Shown: positions 19,521 through 29,233 of the stretch, in pieces | Numbering within the stretch: the stretch's first letter is position 1 | Layout of the letters: each line of letters starts with the position of its first letter | DNA from: Spirochaetota bacterium | Lineage (GTDB): Bacteria > Spirochaetota > Spirochaetia > SZUA-6 | NCBI GenBank assembly: GCA_013151965.1 | Contig: JAADHF010000132.1 | Coordinates: forward strand, 10,412 to 74,411 | DNA length: 64,000 nucleotides | Direction: 5' to 3' | Translations under genes and position numbers: made by a program | Notes under the pieces: generated by a model | The model's database searches: none | The model's input: only the letters and a program-made list of their open reading frames with translations | What the model was told of the DNA's origin: nothing

Positions 19521-20339
19521 TCAAGAAGATTGTGGTATATCGCGTGAATGTTTTAAATAATCGTTTATTCTGATTTTATATTCCATCGGAACTCTGGATT
19601 CGTCAAAATATATTGCAATTGCGGCAATATCTTTTCTGCCTTCCACGGATTCGAATCTTACTATTGTACCTTCTATATTCATCGGACTTTTCCTGTCTTC
19701 GAATACAATCTTTAACACGGCTTTTTTACCCATAAGAAATTTAGCGATACCGAAGAGTAAAACCTTGGAGCCGGAAAAAGATATGTCCCGTATAATACAT
19801 TTTCTGGGCACTGATTCTATATAAATATATGCTTCTTTACTGTGCAGGGAGAGTTTTCTGATAGTCTCCGGTGTTATAAGGATACGTACGTCTTTTCTTT
19901 TTTTTGCATTAACATTTGCCTCGAGTAATTTACCTAACATCCCTATCAGGTCATCCGGCGGCCTCTGGGTAAAGCTCAAGGTTATAAAATATATATCGGG
20001 GTTGTCCTTGTTGTACCTGGTAAAGCCTGAGGCTTTTGCACTTACAAAAAATGAAAGCGGGTCGGCTTTGTCGGATATCTTAAAAGAAAATCTTAAATTA
20101 ACCAGGTTGTGAGCTTTCTTTATTATTTCAAAGTGTGTGGATTTTAAACTTGTAATTACTTTTGCGGAACTCATCGAAGAAGAATAAACAATACAGGGCC
20201 ATTGCTGGCCCATGCATTTTAAAAAGACCTGTTTCGTCAGCAGGCCCGTGGCCTCTATGATATGCCTGTTAAAGGTTACTTCTATATCTTTGTACTGCTC
20301 ATAGTACCGTATTATTTCCTGGCTTGTTATAATAGACAT
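19521..20339 (-). CDS. Soluble two-domain PilZ protein (PlzA/YcgR-like c-di-GMP receptor candidate)
   Basis: The C-terminal domain carries R-K-C-I-I-R ... DISFSGSKV (RxxxR / DxSxxG). The 272-aa length is close to Borrelia PlzA. Confidence 0.45.
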   Translation of the reverse strand: MSIITSQEIIRYYEQYKDIEVTFNRHIIEATGLLTKQVFLKCMGQQWPCIVYSSSMSSAKVITSLKSTHFEIIKKAHNLVNLRFSFKISDKADPLSFFVSAKASGFTRYNKDNPDIYFITLSFTQRPPDDLIGMLGKLLEANVNAKKRKDVRILITPETIRKLSLHSKEAYIYIESVPRKCIIRDISFSGSKVLLFGIAKFLMGKKAVLKIVFEDRKSPMNIEGTIVRFESVEGRKDIAAIAIYFDESRVPMEYKIRINDYLKHSRDIPQSS

Positions 20340-20421
20340 AATTTTGAATTAATGTAACTATAGTGTAAGCTTGCGTATATGTCAATAAATACTAATAGAT
20401 TTTAAGGAAAGGATTACATCT

Positions 20422-21510
20422 ATGTATTCTATTTATGGTATCGGAAATCCTCTTATGGATATAATTACTTTCAAAGATTATGCTGTGCTTGAAAATCTTA
20501 AGAAACCTGCGGGTTCGATGAATCTTATTGATGCTGATAAAGCGGCGTCTATCCTGAAAATGATACGGAAAACTAAAGATGAAAACATGAAGCATGAGCG
20601 GGAAGAATTTAAAACAGTACCCGGCGGGAGTTGTGCAAATACAATCAGGGGTCTGGCCTGGATACGGAAGATGAGAGCGATAGGAAAACTGCCCGGGATA
20701 TCCTCATCTGTAACTGCGGATTCGGAGGGACTGGTGTACTCTGGTGCTGTCGGTAATGATGGGATGGGTGAAAAATATATTTCCATGATGAAAAGTTACG
20801 GCATTAAAATGGCAGCAGCAAAGAAGAATTGCACCTCGGGAAGCTCAATTATTATTGTTACTCCTGATCACGAGCGGACTATGTTTACACACTTAGGTGC
20901 ATGCCGTGAGTTTTCTGCGGATGATATAGATTTCGAGTCTCTTGCCGAAAGCAGGTATCTGTATTTTTTAGGTTTTATGTGGGACACCGGTTCACAAAAA
21001 AATGCGATAAAAAAAGCGGTTGATTTTGCCGGAAAAGCCGGAATAAAGGTTTGTTTCGATCTTGCAGGACCTTTTGTTGTTAAACGGTATAAGGATGAGT
21101 TTCGCTCCTGGCTGCCCGGGCGCATAGATATTCTCCTTGGAAACAGGGAAGAATATCAGGTTCTTACTGATATCGGATCGAATGACCGTGAAACTCTGTC
21201 CTCCGCATCTGATATGGCGCGTATTCTTATTCTTAAAAGAGGCAGAAACGGTTGTCTTGTCGGGGAACATAATAGTACGGAGGAAATATTACAGGTTGCT
21301 GAGATTAAGGGGGAGGCTGTAAAAGCGGTAGATACAACAGGGGCAGGTGATGCCTTCGCTGCCGGTCTGCTTTATGGTTTGTCTGCCGGCAGGAGTATTT
21401 TGTCATCCGCCAGGTTTGCAAATATTCTTGCATCGCAGATTGTGACTGTCGCAGGGTGCGATTACGAGGCATTAGAAGAAAAAAAAGCTTTTCAGGAAAT
21501 TGTTTTATGA
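20422..21510 (+). CDS. PfkB-family carbohydrate/nucleoside kinase
   Basis: C-terminal DTTGAGDAFAAG motif. Confidence 0.8.
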   Translation: MYSIYGIGNPLMDIITFKDYAVLENLKKPAGSMNLIDADKAASILKMIRKTKDENMKHEREEFKTVPGGSCANTIRGLAWIRKMRAIGKLPGISSSVTADSEGLVYSGAVGNDGMGEKYISMMKSYGIKMAAAKKNCTSGSSIIIVTPDHERTMFTHLGACREFSADDIDFESLAESRYLYFLGFMWDTGSQKNAIKKAVDFAGKAGIKVCFDLAGPFVVKRYKDEFRSWLPGRIDILLGNREEYQVLTDIGSNDRETLSSASDMARILILKRGRNGCLVGEHNSTEEILQVAEIKGEAVKAVDTTGAGDAFAAGLLYGLSAGRSILSSARFANILASQIVTVAGCDYEALEEKKAFQEIVL

Positions 21511-23048
21511 GGGATCGTAATAGTAAAGACCGTATTTCCGGGTTCCGATGTAACACTTATTGCTCCGTCATGTTCTTCGACTATCTTTTTGCATATGGTT
21601 AATCCCAAACCTGTCCCGCTTTTTTTCTTATAGGAAAAAAACGGATCGAACAATTTCTGAATTATCGTTTGAGGTATCTTCGGCCCCGTATTTTCCTGCT
21701 GTATGACCGTTGCATTCCCGGTTTCATAGGCGGTAATTGTTATTTCTCTTTTTCCGTTATAATTCGACAATAGTTCGATTGCATTATTGATAAGATTAAT
21801 GAATACTTTTTTTAGTTTTTGCGGATCGGCACAGAGTTTTCCGTTTGTTTTTATCTTTACATCAAGCTTAATGGAAGCCGCCTGTAATGAGAAGCCGAAA
21901 ATTTTTAAGATACCGGGGAGATAGCTTTTCAGGTCTATATACTGAAGGGACAGATGCTTTTTCCCTCTGGAGAAATCAAGCAGTTCTTCCACCGTATCGG
22001 ATAATCTGCTTAATTCTTCTTTCATTGTATTTGTATATTCCTCTCTCTGTTCTTCGGACAGATCATTACTCAATACGGATGCAAAACCCATTATTGTATT
22101 AATCGGTCCTTTAAGGTCATGAACAATCATACTTGCCATCTGGCCTATAATAAAGAATCGTTCTTTCTCCATAATATCCTTATGAGAGTAAAAACTGTAC
22201 AGAGCGGATGCTCCGACGTACGAAACCGCCCGCAGAAATGAAATGCCGATATTTACAGGTGTACCATGCAGTCTGAAGGTTAAATAGCCGAAATTTTGTT
22301 TCTGAAAATCCAGAGGAAGAAAAATGGTATTCTCTCCGTCATTATTCGGGATAATCTGAGGCTCATTGATTTTAGCATCTCTGTCCAGACGGGCGATTAA
22401 AGCGGAGAATTCATCTATATATTTCCCGTCGCATAGATACAGGTTGGCAAGGGGTGTCCTGTTTATATTAAAAGTTCCATAACATCCCGATACTGCACCT
22501 AATTTATTCTTAATCCTTGTAAAAAGTGTTTTTATAATATCATCCCAATCGGTCAGTTCTTTAAGCTCGAGCTGAATGTCATTTAAGAAATCAAGTTCTA
22601 AAACCTTTTGCTCTAACCTTCTGTTTTTTCTATCCAGTTCCGCCATTAGATTGTTATTTTTCTGTCTTAACGTATACAGTTCAAGTGCATTCTGGACCGT
22701 AGTGATAATGTCTTCATTGTCCCAGGGTTTTGAGATATATCTGTAAACGCAGCCTTTATTAATGGCGTTTATAACAACATCTATATCCGAATATCCTGTA
22801 ACCAAAATCCTTATTGTTTCCGGATACTGCTGCATTACCCTGTTTAAAAGCTGTACTCCGTTTAAATCGGGCATTCGCTGGTCTGCTAAAAGGACATGTA
22901 TGGGTGTCTTCTTTAATACTTCCAGTGCTTCAGTCGCTGTAGTCGACGTGATTACATTGTACGACTTATCCAGAACTCTATGGAAGATAAAGAGGTTCTG
23001 CTCATCATCATCTACATAAAGAATATTATAATTTTGTTTTTCAGGCAT
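21492..23048 (-). CDS. Hybrid response-regulator/histidine-kinase (N-terminal REC, C-terminal HisKA-HATPase)
   Basis: The REC domain has ILYVDDDE...LLADQRMPDLNG. The HATPase G-box is SGTGLGLTICKKIVEEHDG. Confidence 0.8.
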   Translation of the reverse strand: MPEKQNYNILYVDDDEQNLFIFHRVLDKSYNVITSTTATEALEVLKKTPIHVLLADQRMPDLNGVQLLNRVMQQYPETIRILVTGYSDIDVVINAINKGCVYRYISKPWDNEDIITTVQNALELYTLRQKNNNLMAELDRKNRRLEQKVLELDFLNDIQLELKELTDWDDIIKTLFTRIKNKLGAVSGCYGTFNINRTPLANLYLCDGKYIDEFSALIARLDRDAKINEPQIIPNNDGENTIFLPLDFQKQNFGYLTFRLHGTPVNIGISFLRAVSYVGASALYSFYSHKDIMEKERFFIIGQMASMIVHDLKGPINTIMGFASVLSNDLSEEQREEYTNTMKEELSRLSDTVEELLDFSRGKKHLSLQYIDLKSYLPGILKIFGFSLQAASIKLDVKIKTNGKLCADPQKLKKVFINLINNAIELLSNYNGKREITITAYETGNATVIQQENTGPKIPQTIIQKLFDPFFSYKKKSGTGLGLTICKKIVEEHDGAISVTSEPGNTVFTITIPHKTIS

Positions 23049-23250
23049 TGGCTTCTACCACACGAGAAAAATAAGCCCCGCAGATGCCGTTAGAAGTAGT
23101 TTTCCTTGAACCGTATGGTCAAGGTGGGTTTCCGCATCAGAGCTTCCTGTACTACGTAACAATGCCGCAGTGCATTCCACCCCAATATAAAGAATCCCGT
23201 AAAAACAGTTTGACTCAAGAAAAATGTTCTCCGTCACGAACACTGCAGGG

Positions 23251-23529
23251 CTAATTGTCAAATAAATTTTGATCCAGTTCAAAGATTAACCGCTCTGTAA
23301 TCTGCTGCACTTCATCACCTGAACCGCTTTTCTGCAGCTTTAAGAGGTTATCAGCAATATTTAAAGAAGTTAATATCATTAGTTTAACAGGATCTGCAGT
23401 AGGGTAGTTAGACTTAACCTCTTCTATTTGTGCTCTTAAATACTCAGCGACAGACTCCAGATGCTCTTTATCGTCCTGCGATTGAATTGTGAATCTGTTA
23501 CCAAGTATTTCTATTATAAGCTGATTCAT
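23251..23529 (-). CDS. zapA: Cell division protein ZapA-like
   Basis: 92-aa protein with a ZapA-like pattern (LIIEILGNRFTIQSQDDKEHLESVAEYL). Confidence 0.55.
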   Translation of the reverse strand: MNQLIIEILGNRFTIQSQDDKEHLESVAEYLRAQIEEVKSNYPTADPVKLMILTSLNIADNLLKLQKSGSGDEVQQITERLIFELDQNLFDN

Positions 23530-23552
23530 TGCTTCAGGTTACTATAATTATT

Positions 23553-23891
23553 CTAAAAGATATCCAGTTCCGAATTCTTTTCGGGCGGAACGGAAGACGG
23601 CTTTGGTTCTGCAGGAGAACCGGTGGTTTCCTCATTTTTGTTGATTCCCTCTGCAGTAAAAACCTCATCTTCGATTTTATCGAGATTCTCCAGAGCTCTT
23701 AAAATGCCCTCTTCTATCTCACTCTGTTCGGATTTAAATGTATCTACAAGGCCTTCGAGCTCATCGATTTTGCTTTGAGCCGAATCGAGTCCCGCCCGGA
23801 GTGTTCTGTTTTCTTCCCTTAATGTTTTTATGAGTTCAATAGCTCTGTTTACCCTGTCTTCCAGGATTTTAATTTGATCGATCCGGATCAT
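23553..23891 (-). CDS. Coiled-coil protein (ZapB-like), translationally coupled to rplT
   Basis: 112-aa heptad-rich sequence. The start overlaps the rplT stop (ATGA). Confidence 0.4.
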   Translation of the reverse strand: MIRIDQIKILEDRVNRAIELIKTLREENRTLRAGLDSAQSKIDELEGLVDTFKSEQSEIEEGILRALENLDKIEDEVFTAEGINKNEETTGSPAEPKPSSVPPEKNSELDIF

Positions 23892-24247
23892 TTTTCTAAT
23901 GCTTCCCTTGCTTTACTTATGAGTTCTTTAAAGACATCCGGATCTTCTATGGCCATATTGGACAAAGCTTTACGATTAATCTTGATATCAGCTTTCAGAA
24001 GACCATTGATAAACCGTGAATAGGTTATTCCATTTTCTCTGCACATTGCTGATATTCTTGTAATCCATAATCTGCGAAAAGTACGCTTTTTCGCTTTCCT
24101 GTCCCTATAGGCATACACAAGGCCCTTGGCTACAGCTTCTTTTGCCGTTTTAAAAAGCTTACTTCTTGCGCCGCGGTACCCTTTCGCCTGTTTTAGTATT
24201 TTTTTCCTTCTTGCGTTTCTCTTTGTGCCGTCAACTGCTCGTGGCAT
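23888..24247 (-). CDS. rplT: 50S ribosomal protein L20
   Basis: MPRAVDGTKRNARRKKILKQAKGYRGARS... is the universal L20 sequence. Confidence 0.95.
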   Translation of the reverse strand: MPRAVDGTKRNARRKKILKQAKGYRGARSKLFKTAKEAVAKGLVYAYRDRKAKKRTFRRLWITRISAMCRENGITYSRFINGLLKADIKINRKALSNMAIEDPDVFKELISKAREALEK

Positions 24248-24264
24248 TTTTATTTCTCCTTCTG

Positions 24265-24462
24265 TTAATCGTATGGCATTAATTTATGTGCACGTTTTTG
24301 TTCGACAGGACTGAGAATTGCAGGATGTCTTAGTCTTCTTTTCCGTTTCCTGCTTTTTTTTGTCAATATATGTCTTAATCCCTGTTTCTTGAACTTTACC
24401 TTGCCGGTACCTGTCATTGTATAGCGTTTTTTTGCGCTTCTTCTTGTTTTAATCTTAGGCAT
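24265..24462 (-). CDS. rpmI: 50S ribosomal protein L35
   Basis: The N-terminus [14 protein letters not shown]...GTGKVK is characteristic of L35. Confidence 0.95.
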   Translation of the reverse strand: MPKIKTRRSAKKRYTMTGTGKVKFKKQGLRHILTKKSRKRKRRLRHPAILSPVEQKRAHKLMPYD

Positions 24463-24476
24463 TTTTAATTTCCTTT

Positions 24477-25022
24477 CTACTTCCTTGATTTCGGACTTAA
24501 AAACATCGACATAAATCTTCCCTCCATGTGGGGCTTTGTTTCCACTACGAAACCATCTTCGAGAATCTCAAGAACCTTGTTAAGTACCATTTCCCCTCTG
24601 TCGGTATGTGCTAATTCTCTTCCCCGAAATCTGACGGTAACTTTTACCTTATTACCCTCATCCAGAAATTTTTTAATATGGTTAGTCTTAAAGAGCAAGT
24701 CATGATCATCTATCTTAGGCTGCATCCTTATTTCTTTAAGCTTAACCAATTTCTGCTTCTTCTTTGATTCTTTGCTTCTCTTTTCCTGTTCAAACTTATA
24801 CTTCCCATAATCCAGAAGTTTGCATACCGGCGGGTTGGAGTTCGGTGAAACTTCAACAAGATCCAGACCTGCCTCTTTAGCTATTCTTAATGCTTCTGTT
24901 GTAGGAAGTATACCCCTCTGACCTCCTCTTTCGTCAATAAGCCTTACTTCTCTGACGCGGATCATCTCGTTGATCCGTAAACTTTTCCCTTCCAACCTGC
25001 CTCCCGAATTTAAATTTACAAT
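24477..25022 (-). CDS. infC: Translation initiation factor IF-3 (probable non-AUG, AUU/AUA start)
   Basis: The stretch [24 protein letters not shown]...KIDDHDL... aligns with the IF-3 N and C domains. The ORF-track Met at 25121 would add about 35 non-homologous residues and overlap the upstream gene. The ATT codon at 25020-25022 matches the usual IF-3 start position. Confidence 0.8.
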   Translation of the reverse strand: MVNLNSGGRLEGKSLRINEMIRVREVRLIDERGGQRGILPTTEALRIAKEAGLDLVEVSPNSNPPVCKLLDYGKYKFEQEKRSKESKKKQKLVKLKEIRMQPKIDDHDLLFKTNHIKKFLDEGNKVKVTVRFRGRELAHTDRGEMVLNKVLEILEDGFVVETKPHMEGRFMSMFLSPKSRK

Positions 25023-25078
25023 TTGGGATAATATATCATTCAAATCAAAAAGAGTCAAAGGGTAATAGTGTTTGATTT

Positions 25079-28000
25079 TTACACATTTACAGATTTGAAA
25101 CCGGAAATAAACTGTTCCCATCTATTCTGAAGATATTTTTTAAATACATACTCTTCATGGTAATCTTTCGCTATTTCTTCTATGGCATTGGTAAGGTCGT
25201 AAAAGACCTGCTCGAGGTTTTCTGCAATTTCCCGTCCGGTGGTAAGGTCGGGAGGCACTGAATATTTGGGGGCAAAGACGGATTCCTTGAGTTTTGTTAT
25301 GGGATCGCTGGCAATCTGAATTCTTTCCGTTTTTTCCGTTTTACTTTCTTTCCTTAAGAGGTTATTGATGTCGACAATAACCTTATCCGCCGAATATGCC
25401 GGTATCGGATCTTTTTTACCTTTGATCTGGATATTGCCGAGTTTGGTGCATTGAATGTAATTTTTTATTTCTTCATAGGTTGATTGTGTAAGCATAATAT
25501 CACCGGGATTTGCCGAAGTTTCCATTCTCGAGGCAACATTTACAACATCGCCGTAAATATCGGCATCTTTCCTTATAACAAGCCCGGTGTTTAAACCGAT
25601 TCTTGCGTAAAAACGTTCCGTATCAAGTTTAAACTCGTTGTATTCAGCTATTTTTTTCTGAATGGACAGTGATGCAAGTACGGCATTAAGGGGATGTTTA
25701 AACACTGCCAGTAAACCATCGCCCATTTTTTTAATCAAAGTTCCTTTGAAATTTTTTATGACGGGAAGTGTAATTTCTTCAAAATTCTTAATGAGGTCTA
25801 TAATCGACGACATGTCGATCGATGATGATTTTTCCGTATAACCTACTATATCGATAAAGAAAACGGTAAGCAACTGTGAATTTTCACGTTTAAATTTAAA
25901 TTCAAGTTTAGCATGATTTATTATGCTTTCGTTTGTTAATGCCGGCTGCTCTGTCACAGGTGTTTTCTGCCGTACCGTAGGCATTTTATTCGCAGAGTTT
26001 TTAAGATACTGCAGAAGAGCGGTTCTTATCTCTTCTGCATAATTCCCTCCTGCTAGCTGAGCTATGACATCGCGCAATGTTTCCTGTATCACTCTGCCGG
26101 GCGAAAAGATAAGCTGAAGCAGTATCATAAGAATATCATGGGAAATAACGGGCAGTAGATTCTTAATAAGATATGCGGTTATTGTTTCAGGATCCTCATG
26201 AACATGGTCTTTTAGAATTTGAAGTGCATAATCATCTTTAAGTGATAGAAGTGTGATTAATCCTTCTACCTGTACATCCTTTACTTCGTCTTCCATCAGT
26301 ATATAGAGCCTGTTTGTCAGAATGTCCACCGGTATTTCCGTATGCCTTATTGTAAGACTGCGAAGTGCTCTTATTGCTGCAATTCTTACTTCTTTTTTTC
26401 CTTTTGTCGTCAAATCCAGAAGAGGCTGAAATACCGTTTGATCACCCTGATTTCCTGCTATATCTGCTATTTTAAATCTTTGCTCATCCGTTATATGACC
26501 GGCTTCCAGGATTTTAATCAGATTTAAAACAGGACCTTTTATGCCTTTTAAATCCATAGATGAAATTGCATCTATAATAAGTTCGACCGTACCTTTGTTA
26601 ACCCCTGGTACAATCAGCAGATGAAGAAGGGGAGATATCAAGTATTTCGGAGGTATAAATCTGCTTCCCCGTATATACCCGTTAAGCTGATAATTATTCT
26701 TAAACGGAGAGGATAAAAACGCCCTTGCTTTCTCTATTATTGTTCTTGATAGGAGTTGAGAGAGTGTTACTATAGATGTTTCTTCTAAAAAACCGATTCT
26801 TTCTTCTCCTGCAAAATTAAAAATATCCAGTATTTTTTTTATGGAAGTTCTTATTTTGATATGTCCTGCAATACGGATAAGTCTGTTTAAACGGCGGATT
26901 AAATAAGGCCTTTTCGTATTAATGCTGGAAAGTATATTGAGCAGGGTAAGAACATCTTTTCTGGAGTCCATTGTGAAGAGCGGCATGCAGGCTTCGAATT
27001 TGTTTTTGTCCTCTTCCGGTGCATTTTTAAGGCTGTCTCTGATCGATGAAATGAGTGATGCCGGGTTGGGAAAGGGATCGGATTTAAAGTAGTTCTGAAC
27101 CTTCTGGATAAGTTCTCCGTCTGCATAACGTTCAAGAAGGTTAGCAAATAAGACCTTTAAAAGTCTATCCCTCTCTCGTATTCCCTTCAGTGAGATATAA
27201 TTTTTTCTGATCCTGGCATAGATCGTTTCCAGATGAGCCTGGGTCATAACGGTAAGTTCATTAAGGAGGTGGGGAGAGCTTTTATTGATCTGTTCGATTA
27301 TACGTATCAGAAGGTCTCCGGTTATTGCTTCAGTTTCGTTATCGATATACGGTGCTATAAGCAGAAGCCTGAACAGCCTTACCGGATGTATAAATTTGCC
27401 CTGTAAATCGGATAATGAAACAAGAAAAGAGATAAACACCCGGTTATCAGAGTGTTGAAATTGTTCGATAATGAAGGTCTGCTGGGGATTTTTGGTTTTC
27501 AATTGAAAGGCTGCAAGGTATGTGCCGAGTGTATAGGGTGAAAAGCTCTTTATCCTGTCCTTGAAAAAATTTATGAAGTCTTCCGCATCCTGATTGTTTA
27601 AAGTGAGAATACGCTGAAAAGTCGCCTTCTGGATATTAGGAGAAAAGCTTTCCAGTATCCCTTTAAGAAAATTTAGATTCCCCGATTCCATCAGTCCGAG
27701 TACGGCGCAGGTTTTAATATCATCATCCGCAGTCGGGTTAAGAAGTATCGACTTGTTTAATTCCTGTACCTTCTCGTTTGCGGCTGCAATCGTATTAATT
27801 GCGCTGAGTATTTCATTACGAATATGCTTATCGTCGAATAGGTTAAAGTATTTTATGAGCATATTAACGGAAGAAGGGGCACGGATCCCCGACAAGGTAT
27901 TAATTGCCGCTATTTTCTGTTCTATTTTTCCTTTTTCTATTATCTGGTAAAGGTGCGATACTGCGGCTTCGTTGCCGATAGACGCGGAAGCTTTAATGGC

Positions 28001-28141
28001 GGCAAGGCTTATATCGATATCCTCATCGTAAAAATCTTTTATAAGTATAGAAAAAATTTCTTCATCGTAAAAGTGCTTTAAGAGGGTCAGAATTGTTATT
28101 TTGCTATCTTTATGTAGTAAATATTTTTTACTTTTTACCAT
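25079..28141 (-). CDS. HEAT/PBS-lyase repeat protein fused to class III adenylate/guanylate cyclase domain
   Basis: The N-terminal 700 aa hold repeated HEAT-like units ([27 protein letters not shown]). The C-terminal domain has FFIDIVGYT...GDGLLAVF...GLNTG...VNVASRME, the class III cyclase catalytic signature. Confidence 0.75.
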   Translation of the reverse strand: MVKSKKYLLHKDSKITILTLLKHFYDEEIFSILIKDFYDEDIDISLAAIKASASIGNEAAVSHLYQIIEKGKIEQKIAAINTLSGIRAPSSVNMLIKYFNLFDDKHIRNEILSAINTIAAANEKVQELNKSILLNPTADDDIKTCAVLGLMESGNLNFLKGILESFSPNIQKATFQRILTLNNQDAEDFINFFKDRIKSFSPYTLGTYLAAFQLKTKNPQQTFIIEQFQHSDNRVFISFLVSLSDLQGKFIHPVRLFRLLLIAPYIDNETEAITGDLLIRIIEQINKSSPHLLNELTVMTQAHLETIYARIRKNYISLKGIRERDRLLKVLFANLLERYADGELIQKVQNYFKSDPFPNPASLISSIRDSLKNAPEEDKNKFEACMPLFTMDSRKDVLTLLNILSSINTKRPYLIRRLNRLIRIAGHIKIRTSIKKILDIFNFAGEERIGFLEETSIVTLSQLLSRTIIEKARAFLSSPFKNNYQLNGYIRGSRFIPPKYLISPLLHLLIVPGVNKGTVELIIDAISSMDLKGIKGPVLNLIKILEAGHITDEQRFKIADIAGNQGDQTVFQPLLDLTTKGKKEVRIAAIRALRSLTIRHTEIPVDILTNRLYILMEDEVKDVQVEGLITLLSLKDDYALQILKDHVHEDPETITAYLIKNLLPVISHDILMILLQLIFSPGRVIQETLRDVIAQLAGGNYAEEIRTALLQYLKNSANKMPTVRQKTPVTEQPALTNESIINHAKLEFKFKRENSQLLTVFFIDIVGYTEKSSSIDMSSIIDLIKNFEEITLPVIKNFKGTLIKKMGDGLLAVFKHPLNAVLASLSIQKKIAEYNEFKLDTERFYARIGLNTGLVIRKDADIYGDVVNVASRMETSANPGDIMLTQSTYEEIKNYIQCTKLGNIQIKGKKDPIPAYSADKVIVDINNLLRKESKTEKTERIQIASDPITKLKESVFAPKYSVPPDLTTGREIAENLEQVFYDLTNAIEEIAKDYHEEYVFKKYLQNRWEQFISGFKSVNV

Positions 28142-28295
28142 ATTTTATCTCACATTGATAATCTTAAGATTTATTTGTATTACAATATTACTAAATTGTC
28201 AATATGCCCTGCGTGTAATTAACCACAGGTTCAGGCACAGCGGTACGCCCCGGCCCGTTTACCTGTAAGTTAAGCGAGGTATGATAATTTACTGT

Positions 28296-28502
28296 TTATT
28301 TCATTATAATAGCTTTAAAAGGGCAGGCTATGGCGCATTTGCCGCAGCCGATACAAAAATCCTGCAGAGAGTAGGGCATCTCCCACGGGGCATCCTGTAT
28401 TAAAGTTTTATGAGAACATTCGGCTACTGCAGGACATGTTCCCGTATCACATCTTTCGGAACGGCATTTGCTGTAATCTACCATAGCTTTTGGTTTAGGC
28501 AT
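28296..28502 (-). CDS. Small 2x[4Fe-4S] ferredoxin
   Basis: CIGCGKCAIACP plus a second Cys cluster (CRSERCDTGTCPAVAEC). 68 aa. Confidence 0.7.
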   Translation of the reverse strand: MPKPKAMVDYSKCRSERCDTGTCPAVAECSHKTLIQDAPWEMPYSLQDFCIGCGKCAIACPFKAIIMK

Positions 28503-28510
28503 TTTACAGG

Positions 28511-29206
28511 TTATTCCTTGAGGTAAAGTGTAATAGCCGACTTTACAGCAGCTGTTGTTATATGTGCTGCTCTGTGGAGGATGGAATCACCGAATTTTCT
28601 ATCCATTTTCCCTGAAGCGAGACAGGGATAATACTGATGAAAAAGTGCGGCTTTCTCTTTTGCCTCTTCACTTCCTAAACCAATAAGCTTTTCCGCAACG
28701 AAGCAGGTAACCCCGCAGGGTGCCTCCCTTTCCATGGTGAAATTATTAATTCTGCCCTGATCCAGGATAACTGTAAGTTTTGGTTTTCCGAAATATCCGG
28801 CGAATTCTTTTATGTATTTATTATTACTTGCCCCTTCCGTCAGTGAACAAAAGGGAAGGGGAAAAGCAGAATCTATTCCCGATTGTTTTAAGTCCTGCTT
28901 TATTTGATTCACTAAACCGGGAGGAAGATTGTCCCGGTTGTCTATGGGTGCAATAACTGCTTTAGCCGAACTCATTCTTGCTATTTCAGGGATAAGCTCG
29001 GCCGCTCCCGTATTCCCGCCCAGAGAAAGAAGAAGATCCGCACGAGGCAGTTCTTCGGGCAGGAACTCTTTCGGGTTCTCAATAATGAAGGGAAGTTTAA
29101 GAGGAATAGTCCAATCCTCGATTTCCCAGCTTTCAGGGTTATTTAAACGAAGATTATGAATTATCCTCTGTCCGTATGTTCCCTGAATTACAGCCAATAT
29201 GTGCAT
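28511..29206 (-). CDS. Hypothetical protein (DUF166-like), distal gene of acs operon
   Basis: 231 aa with no catalytic motif recognized. The DUF166 call is by recollection of the family's size and pattern only. Confidence 0.4.
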   Translation of the reverse strand: MHILAVIQGTYGQRIIHNLRLNNPESWEIEDWTIPLKLPFIIENPKEFLPEELPRADLLLSLGGNTGAAELIPEIARMSSAKAVIAPIDNRDNLPPGLVNQIKQDLKQSGIDSAFPLPFCSLTEGASNNKYIKEFAGYFGKPKLTVILDQGRINNFTMEREAPCGVTCFVAEKLIGLGSEEAKEKAALFHQYYPCLASGKMDRKFGDSILHRAAHITTAAVKSAITLYLKE

Positions 29207-29233
29207 AAATAATTTCCGCCCGGATAAAAACCG

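Noticed and set aside
23049-23282. A 75-aa ORF and a possible 6S RNA (ssrS) downstream of zapA, by analogy with the E. coli zapA-ssrS-fau arrangement
   Set aside because: The ORF overlaps the zapA 3' end and has no motif. The 200-nt intergenic region has only short local inverted repeats (CCGCAGTG...CACTGCAGG; CTTCTA...TAGAAG). I could not see the long closing stem or central bubble of 6S RNA, and the zapA-ssrS linkage is a gamma-proteobacterial trait. A covariance-model search (Rfam 6S) would be needed to revive this.
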